From: an uncultured virus (IMG/VR IMGVR_UViG_3300005573_000079)
Lineage: Duplodnaviria > Heunggongvirae > Uroviricota > Caudoviricetes > Crassvirales
IMG/VR virus record: IMGVR_UViG_3300005573_000079
DNA: 64,000 bases
Reading direction: 5' to 3' (one strand)
Shown: piece by piece, positions 58,001 through 64,000 of the stretch
Layout: the number at the start of each line of letters is the position of its first letter
Numbering within the stretch: the first letter of the stretch is position 1
Position numbers and translations under genes: made by a program
Notes under the pieces: model-generated
The model's input: the letters and a program-made list of their open reading frames with translations, nothing else
Database searches by the model: none
Told to the model about the DNA's origin: nothing

Positions 58001-58834
58001 CAATGGATAAACTATATAACTACAGAGTATGGGTGTAAATATCCTTATCAGGCAATAGCTACGGATAATGCTGTATACTGGATAGATATAAGAACAAAAG
58101 AGTTATTAACATTTGCTGGAGATACCGGGGTGTTGTCACTATCTAAATCTCTGGGTATGCAGAGCTGGTTTGATATTATGAATCCAGATTATACCATGTT
58201 GGCACATGACAAGAAGCTTAAGGAAGTGTATATATTCAATAATAACGTAATTACTCCAACTACTGCAAAATCTTTAGTATTCTCTGAGTATATAAAAGCT
58301 TTCTCAGGATTCTTAACTATGTACACAAGTACCTGGTTCATACAACATCAGGAAAAACTATTCTCCACAATTCAATATAATATGTGTAATGGACGCTCTG
58401 GTGCTCCTAATGAACAGATTGGGTTGATATCCTGGAATACAGGCAACTACCATAGTTTCTATGATTATGTTAGACCTGCAACACTTGACATAATAATATG
58501 TCCTGCTAACACTAACTCATTTAGAATGGATGTCACAGAGTTCTCTACTGAAGTACTTAATGACAGCTCTGTTCCCTATCATAATATGACATGGACTACT
58601 ATGAATGTGACTAACTCCTATCAGAATACAGGTATAATAACATTTGTGCCTGAGAACAACATTATCAAGAGATTTAAACTATGGAGATTTAATATGTTCA
58701 GAGATGCAACTACAGACTCTCCGAGTATTAAAGATAGCTATGCCAGGATGCATCTTGAATTTACTCCTCCAGATGTTGGATGGTCTATTAAGTGTAATGA
58801 TATACAATCATTAGTAACATTAAGAAGGCAATAA
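55076..58834 (+). CDS. tail stabilization/muzzle protein
   Basis: 1252 aa; NTF.GGM.KD, Y.DA.N.R, GEVYR.G.V, QYGG.SY..R, S..K..GE..DSW..F. Confidence 0.8.
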   Translation: MSTPVVNTFSGGMTKDLSFNKFPNDKYFDALNLRVLTDKEGGTISLVSAKGNQIVTSFYGQLFGYCSIRDNLYLFYESDDIGYIVKVDMSNYQFTTVYSYSNLFGGSGYISAVGIYESENIQKIYWSDGSNPLRMINVAVDNSGKVPDDFNILPAAPMVPPYITGITTGNLKTSMIQYAYRLYVEHGQQTAFSPAGNIVHITASPDTNTESYYTGSDIDTYTAKGTVVKVYLYSMQFNRIELVAIQYERQEETPTIRIVEDRAILPNSWLVLTFRDTGQSFGTYSTEEFMILADSSFTCGTLKVKDNILFAANITNESEPSFDFDARAYSFDHLQYLYLWSSDGNELITGHVGGSYYHYKNSSGAPFDRSHTNYTLYATYTSLSQIPADFDCVNTFNNITRDNIDATWSQFQMDGTTFGAEGPNIKISIDVNSKPIGNYDSTSKVTSPIDSGTSFRQSYANPLWQSYRSFQPGEVYRLGLVIYRNNRPSPVKWICDIRIPEESQIGPLFTVSNGTIYAKVVSMAVYLRNLPLGGSAAQVVMVKRDMQNSTVLAMGAMYPTLVRSDIPGAANKVQITPVITMPTNVSTSVVKFVAPEIVYGAFTPANGDFFRFKSYFSGYQYYTINYNSTLRGYLIRNGATSILAQSYRVDITPTALTFMTQPESNDYTSYNVGSGITNLGVMDAGSARTLAGSGIAAALSSADNSALRTLCNAINNYYNVLFCSYRRPLTNQYGGNSYTARQFNIYTPVPFTGIAINYTFWGISNPAPQYNTTSAYTQSGFIGINGDTFAGMFDYLNGSYDTSLSVSNRIMYVHLFPTYSRINLALTSGDIFTRSTDPLAYAVKEKAGAQDAGGDLIYTQNRDYYVYNTVFSQMPSYPYFFPQRDISKNYKYDSRIKFSSKKVAGELKDSWCNFRPGNYKDLDSMYGSINAMLIFKGRLIIFQTNAVATGAVDDRQMVSQDSTFGSVTIGVAQPLQWINYITTEYGCKYPYQAIATDNAVYWIDIRTKELLTFAGDTGVLSLSKSLGMQSWFDIMNPDYTMLAHDKKLKEVYIFNNNVITPTTAKSLVFSEYIKAFSGFLTMYTSTWFIQHQEKLFSTIQYNMCNGRSGAPNEQIGLISWNTGNYHSFYDYVRPATLDIIICPANTNSFRMDVTEFSTEVLNDSSVPYHNMTWTTMNVTNSYQNTGIITFVPENNIIKRFKLWRFNMFRDATTDSPSIKDSYARMHLEFTPPDVGWSIKCNDIQSLVTLRRQ

Positions 58835-58871
58835 GGAAAAATTTTATTAATTTTGACAAAACTTTCATATT

Positions 58872-61283
58872 ATGGCTACTCCAAAACTTATTCAATATAA
58901 AGGTCAGACACATGATGGTCCTGATGGAGGAATACCTGTTGATTCATATGGTAATCCCGCTGCTGTAACAAATAATTCCGTGGCTGCACAGGTTGAACAA
59001 CCTGAAGTAGGGTATAAGAAACCTGATGGTTCTACCTATGTATTCTCTGATAAACTCAAAATGCCCGGTACTAATAAGAGCTTTGCAGATATTGCTAATA
59101 ATATAAAGAGTAAATATAAGCTCAGACTTGGCAAGAACCAGGAAAGATTTAATGCTATTGACTCTGCAGCTATGCAGAAACAACTTGATGAGCTTGCCCT
59201 GATACAAGAAACAGTCAAGGGTAATACTACTCTTATTAATGATTATCAAGGTAATACAGCTAATCAGGTCACACAGCAGCCTTCTCAAGAAGATATAGCA
59301 GCTACTCAAATGCAGGGTGCTATGCCTGAACAATATGACCTGGGTGGGTGGTTTAAAGACCATAAAGCAGGTGTACTTGGTGGATTAGCTACTCTTGGTG
59401 GTGTAGCTGCAATGTTTGTACCTGGAGGGCAGCTTATTGCTCCTACTCTTATTAGTGGTGGACTCGGTGGTATAACTGCAGATGTACAGGGTTCTGCAAA
59501 TAGAGCAATTACTGAAGAACAAGCTAAGAATCAAGAAATTCAAAATAGAATGTCTATGATTGATAAGAGAATACAAACACAGGCAGCTCCTATGTATAAT
59601 CCTATTATGGCTCTTGGTGGAGACTTAGCTGAGTTTGATACAGAAGAAGATGCTATTAAGAAAGGATATATACCCTGGGGTAAGACTGGTATTTACATTA
59701 AGCCTTCACGTAGAGGTACATTCACTGCTGCAGCGAAAAGAGCTGGCATGGGTGTGCAGGCTTTTGCAAGGCATGTACTTGCTAATAAGGACAAATATTC
59801 TTCAGCTATGGTGAAGAAGGCTAACTTTGCACGTAACGCAGCCAAGTGGAAGCATGAGTTAGGAGGCCCAATACAGGCTAGTGGTATTATGCAACATCTT
59901 GCTGATGGTGGTAAGATAGCTACAGTAGGTAGAAGGGAAGAGCCTGGTAAACTTCCTAAATATACAGACTTAGTTAAGCTATATGGTCCTAATCTCGAGA
60001 GAATGCCTGAGAATGAAAAAGAAGAATATGCCAGAATGTTAGGTAGTATAGTTGGTACTCAAGATAGTGATACACATATGTCTCTTCCAATACGTGAAGG
60101 TACTGCTAATGTGCTATTTACTGAACAACGAGCTACCCAACCATATATACAAGCCCCTACTTCTGGATTAGACCTGGTAGGTATTGACCCAAATACAGGT
60201 AAAGCTATTACAACTGCGAGGCAAGCTCCTGTTGCAACACAAGAATATGCTAATGCTCTGTACGAAATGGTAACAGCAGGTATGCTCCCTATAGAGTATA
60301 TTGCTTCCCCAGAGAAGCGCCGTGCCATTGATAAATATCTTGCTCGTAATAATATGAATGTTGATGAAGCTGGTAATGTTACTTATGGTCCTGATGATAA
60401 AGGTACTTACACAAATACATTAAGATATGTAATGTCATTTCCACAGAACCTTGCTACTTTAAGAAAATATGTAGAAGCTACAGGTGAAGGATATGATTTA
60501 CTGAGAGACCTGGAAAGTAGAACACGTGCTGCTGATGAAGCCAATAAGGCAAGAAATTATGTTGAAACTGACAGGATATTGAATAATTATCCTATACCAT
60601 TTTATAGTAAAGGAGGTAAAATACCCAAGCTTGAGCCTGAAGATGCATCTACAAGTTCTACAATTCCTACTGATATAGCTCATGCATGGACTAATCCCTG
60701 GCCTACTATAGCAGCTTCAGCACTAAACCTTGGATTAGCACTTGCCTCTCCCTCTGTGAGAAGGGCTGGCAGGATACCTTATAGAAGGTATGCTCCTGCT
60801 GAAGTAAACCTTGGCAATCTTAAGAGAGATATTATTAGCTCAGGTAATGATGCAGCAAGAGCAGCACAACTCTCTTATGCAGGACTTGACCCGGCTCTTC
60901 AGACAGCTGCAACTATAGCAGCTAATGAAGCTGCACGTAGAGCTACTATTAGTGGATTAACACAAGCAGCCACTCAGGAAGGAATATTTAATGCTCAAGC
61001 AAGAAATGCTGCAGCTCAGTTCAATACACAGCTTGCTGCACAGACAGATTTATATAATGAGATGTTGAAAAAGCAAGCACTTGAGCAGAAGTATGGCTTA
61101 TATAGTAAAGCTGCTCAACCCTGGATGCAGAGAGCTCAAGATTTGGCTCTTATGGAAAATGATATTATTGCTGCTAACATGAGGGCACCAGACTATTATA
61201 TGGCTGAGCAAGATGCTGGTAAGGGACCCTTGTATAGAATGTTCCATAGACCTGTGTACTATAGAAAGTATAAAGGCAATTAA
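58872..61283 (+). CDS. virion cargo/ejection protein 1
   Basis: G.TH....GGI, VFSDKL, Gly/Ala hydrophobic segment, IYIKPS.RG.FTA...KKANFARNAAKWKH module. Confidence 0.7.
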   Translation: MATPKLIQYKGQTHDGPDGGIPVDSYGNPAAVTNNSVAAQVEQPEVGYKKPDGSTYVFSDKLKMPGTNKSFADIANNIKSKYKLRLGKNQERFNAIDSAAMQKQLDELALIQETVKGNTTLINDYQGNTANQVTQQPSQEDIAATQMQGAMPEQYDLGGWFKDHKAGVLGGLATLGGVAAMFVPGGQLIAPTLISGGLGGITADVQGSANRAITEEQAKNQEIQNRMSMIDKRIQTQAAPMYNPIMALGGDLAEFDTEEDAIKKGYIPWGKTGIYIKPSRRGTFTAAAKRAGMGVQAFARHVLANKDKYSSAMVKKANFARNAAKWKHELGGPIQASGIMQHLADGGKIATVGRREEPGKLPKYTDLVKLYGPNLERMPENEKEEYARMLGSIVGTQDSDTHMSLPIREGTANVLFTEQRATQPYIQAPTSGLDLVGIDPNTGKAITTARQAPVATQEYANALYEMVTAGMLPIEYIASPEKRRAIDKYLARNNMNVDEAGNVTYGPDDKGTYTNTLRYVMSFPQNLATLRKYVEATGEGYDLLRDLESRTRAADEANKARNYVETDRILNNYPIPFYSKGGKIPKLEPEDASTSSTIPTDIAHAWTNPWPTIAASALNLGLALASPSVRRAGRIPYRRYAPAEVNLGNLKRDIISSGNDAARAAQLSYAGLDPALQTAATIAANEAARRATISGLTQAATQEGIFNAQARNAAAQFNTQLAAQTDLYNEMLKKQALEQKYGLYSKAAQPWMQRAQDLALMENDIIAANMRAPDYYMAEQDAGKGPLYRMFHRPVYYRKYKGN

Positions 61284-61296
61284 TATACTATAACAT

Positions 61297-63228
61297 ATGA
61301 GAGGATATAATCCATACTTACTTAATCGGGAGTATTCAAATCAAGCTTCTGCAGATGTAGGTGTAGAAGTGCCTGCGCTCTATAATCCTGCTTTTGGTGA
61401 TAAGATTACTGAAGCTATAGCTTACAATCAGGAACGTGCTGATAGAATAAATCAGGCTATTGCTGAGATGAAAGCTAAGCAAGCTCAGGAAGTAGCAGTG
61501 TCACAATTAGATGAAGCAGTAAGGCAAAAAGCTATTGATGATATTAATCAGCAATACAATACCATTATGGAGAAGCATGCTAATGACCCTTCAGCTGCTT
61601 ATACTGACCTTGTTAAGTTAGTGGGTAATGCATGGAACAGTCCTTTCTGGATGGCTAACAGATATAAAGCTAAGCAACTTGAGACAGAGCAATCTCTGGC
61701 ACAGCAAGGGTATTTGGTCTTTAAGTCTATTAAAGATATACCTATTGCTGACCCAACCACAGGCAGGATAAAATCATTTGAAGAGTTAACTCCTCATATT
61801 GAAAAAGCTAATGACTGGGCTGCCAGGCAAACTCAGATTGTGGATGATGTGTTAAAGACTGAAAGTTTTGATGGTCCTCTACCAACTCCTCAGGAGGTAC
61901 AAAAACAAATTAAGGCTGGAGTACCGTGGGTAAGTATGCTCAAGACATCTGGTATATTCACCTCACAGGTAGCTAAGAAGTTGGAGGGTATGATAAAAGA
62001 ATATAAAGCAACAGCCCCTGAGCATTATGACCAGCAAAAGCGCTGGTACATAAAAGAGTATAAAGAGTTACATCCTGATGCTTCAGATGATGAAGCTGCA
62101 GATGCTGCAGATGATAGGATATCTAAAGAAGTTGCTGTTAAAGCAATGAACAGGGTATGGACAGCTACAGATAGGCAGGTACTTACTATACCCAGTGGAT
62201 TTGGTACTTCTAATGAACCAAATAGTCCACCTCTTGTACCGGGGCCAACAGTAGTTCTGAACTATCCTCTTTCTTCATTGTCTAAGGCGACTAGCTTAAA
62301 AGATATGATTAAAGTAATGGAAGGTAATGATGTAGAAACTAAAGAAGCTGCACGTCATGTCATTAACCTTACTCTTGCAGACCTTAAAGATGACGCTGAT
62401 GTTAAACCATTCATTGCCTATGATGATAAAGGTAATATAGATATTGACAAAACACTACGTAATTTGCATTATTCAGCAGTGCCTCAAGTTGGACATTATA
62501 ACGAGGGTCAACAAAGTATGATAGATGTAACAGATATGCCTACTACTGAGGTTGATAAGAAAAACTTAACAGTACGAAGCTTAGATAATGCAGTAAAGAA
62601 AGTAAGGGATGCATTTACACAAAAAGCACAGTTTTTCAAGCGTCCTATGAATTTCCAGGTGTATATGTTGCATCCTACCATATCAGATAATGCAAATAAC
62701 ATTATTAACACTTATGTCAGAAACTCAATAGATACTCATAAGGTGGAAATAGTTGGTACTGCTGATAAATATTCAGAAAAGCTTATGAATCCTAAGAATA
62801 GAGAAAATCTGCTTGTACTGGGTACTAAATATAAGCCAGCTGCTGAAGATTTAGGTAATGCACGTATAGTAGGATTTACTGGAGACTACTCAACAGGCAT
62901 AATCTATTATGCTAAGACAGATAACAATACTTACTTGTTAAGAACTCCAGATGCAGCTGTTAATGGTATAGCAGCTAAAATGCTTGGAGATGAAGCTGGT
63001 ACAATATACCTTGCAAATCGTGCATATGAGCAGTTAAAAACAAATGCAAAAGACCCACAAGCTAAATATTTAAGTGTAAATGCTCTCTTTGGTGATGAAC
63101 ACTCAAAGAATGCTCTTAACATATTACTTGCACAGACAGGTGTTCAGCTCGATGCTGATGATAATGCAGAGACTTTATTCAGAAAGATTAAAGGTGCTGA
63201 AGTAGCAAATGCATTTAATACAAAATAA
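61297..63228 (+). CDS. virion cargo/ejection protein 2
   Basis: 643-aa helical protein; synteny. Confidence 0.6.
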   Translation: MRGYNPYLLNREYSNQASADVGVEVPALYNPAFGDKITEAIAYNQERADRINQAIAEMKAKQAQEVAVSQLDEAVRQKAIDDINQQYNTIMEKHANDPSAAYTDLVKLVGNAWNSPFWMANRYKAKQLETEQSLAQQGYLVFKSIKDIPIADPTTGRIKSFEELTPHIEKANDWAARQTQIVDDVLKTESFDGPLPTPQEVQKQIKAGVPWVSMLKTSGIFTSQVAKKLEGMIKEYKATAPEHYDQQKRWYIKEYKELHPDASDDEAADAADDRISKEVAVKAMNRVWTATDRQVLTIPSGFGTSNEPNSPPLVPGPTVVLNYPLSSLSKATSLKDMIKVMEGNDVETKEAARHVINLTLADLKDDADVKPFIAYDDKGNIDIDKTLRNLHYSAVPQVGHYNEGQQSMIDVTDMPTTEVDKKNLTVRSLDNAVKKVRDAFTQKAQFFKRPMNFQVYMLHPTISDNANNIINTYVRNSIDTHKVEIVGTADKYSEKLMNPKNRENLLVLGTKYKPAAEDLGNARIVGFTGDYSTGIIYYAKTDNNTYLLRTPDAAVNGIAAKMLGDEAGTIYLANRAYEQLKTNAKDPQAKYLSVNALFGDEHSKNALNILLAQTGVQLDADDNAETLFRKIKGAEVANAFNTK

Positions 63229-63235
63229 TTCTACT

Positions 63236-64000
63236 ATGAGAAAATTTTCTATTGACAAGAATGTTTTAACTGAAAATTATGCTAATCCCACTTCTATTAC
63301 ACCTGAAGAAGCTGCCAACCAACCCCTACTAAGTACACCCGGTCAGATAGGTTATACTTATGAGCAACTAAAAAGGTATATACCAGGACTTGTATCTCCC
63401 TATGATTTTCAAGAACAGCTTGGTATTTATCAGCCAGCATCAAGTAAAGTACTTAATGGTATTGGTAAGATGGGTATTACAACTGCAGCTACCTTCAGTG
63501 ATGCTTTTATTGGCACTGCAGTAGGACTTGTTAATATGGTTGGTGGTGGTAGCTTTACAGATAATCCTTATAGTAGAGCTGTTAATGACCTTCTCGCTAA
63601 ATCAGAAGAGTGGCTTCCTAACTATAGAACACATGCAGAAGAGAATATGAACTTATTACAGAAGTTAGGCACTGCTAACTTCTGGGCTGATACTATTATT
63701 AAAAACACAGGCTTTGCACTTGGTATGCTTGGTGCTGCCCTGGTAGGTGATGAACTTGCCTTCTCCAGGATATTTGGCGCATCCAAGCTGGAAGGTCAGA
63801 TAATGAGAGCTCTTGGTGCTTATGGTGATGATGCTGTTAAAGGCATTAAGGCTCTTGATGGTACTATACTTCAATCATCAGATGATGTACTGAAAGCACT
63901 CTATACAAATAATCTTGACCTTGCTAACTTATCTAATGAGGTTATCAAGAATACTAAAATGCTCAAGATAAAGAGTGGACTTCAGGCAGTCACATCTGCA
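63236..64000 (+). CDS. N-terminus of giant virion cargo protein (RNA-polymerase-associated cluster), truncated
   Basis: ATG 63236, open to window end; DNP...E.WLPNY.T..E...NFWAD..IKN.GF..G. Confidence 0.7.
   Translation, partial: MRKFSIDKNVLTENYANPTSITPEEAANQPLLSTPGQIGYTYEQLKRYIPGLVSPYDFQEQLGIYQPASSKVLNGIGKMGITTAATFSDAFIGTAVGLVNMVGGGSFTDNPYSRAVNDLLAKSEEWLPNYRTHAEENMNLLQKLGTANFWADTIIKNTGFALGMLGAALVGDELAFSRIFGASKLEGQIMRALGAYGDDAVKGIKALDGTILQSSDDVLKALYTNNLDLANLSNEVIKNTKMLKIKSGLQAVTSA

Noticed and set aside
28639..64000. Stop-codon reassignment as in some Crassvirales
   Set aside because: Long genes are intact under the standard code; TAG and TGA end genes at sensible positions

Overview
A 64-kb segment of a Crassvirales (crAss-like) bacteriophage genome, probably infecting a Bacteroidota host (TAnnTTTG promoter motifs, Q-rule signal peptides). 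It uses the standard genetic code and has two divergent arms meeting at a non-coding region (~27.9-28.6 kb). The minus-strand arm (1-27.9 kb) carries early/accessory genes and the replication module: family A DNA polymerase, SF2 helicase, DnaB-like helicase, primase, AAA/Sak4-like ATPase, RusA-like resolvase, PD-(D/E)xK nuclease and SRAP. The plus-strand arm (28.6-64 kb) carries TerL, portal, tail fibre, scaffold, major capsid, ring/tail proteins, lysis genes and cargo proteins. Highlights: (1) an apparently complete phage-encoded ubiquitin-like conjugation operon (Ubl, E2-like, JAB/MPN+ protease, E1/ThiF, unknown gene; 5939-9855); (2) a family of covarying H-type pseudoknots between early genes, three coupled to a conserved hairpin and one placed T4-gene-32-style before a putative SSB; (3) a small two-TM ORF enclosed in a large fold-back; (4) a COOH-NH2 ligase/GATase pair and a radical SAM/FETNSSS pair; (5) apparent GATC avoidance. 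All assignments come from motif recognition by eye; no database searches were run.
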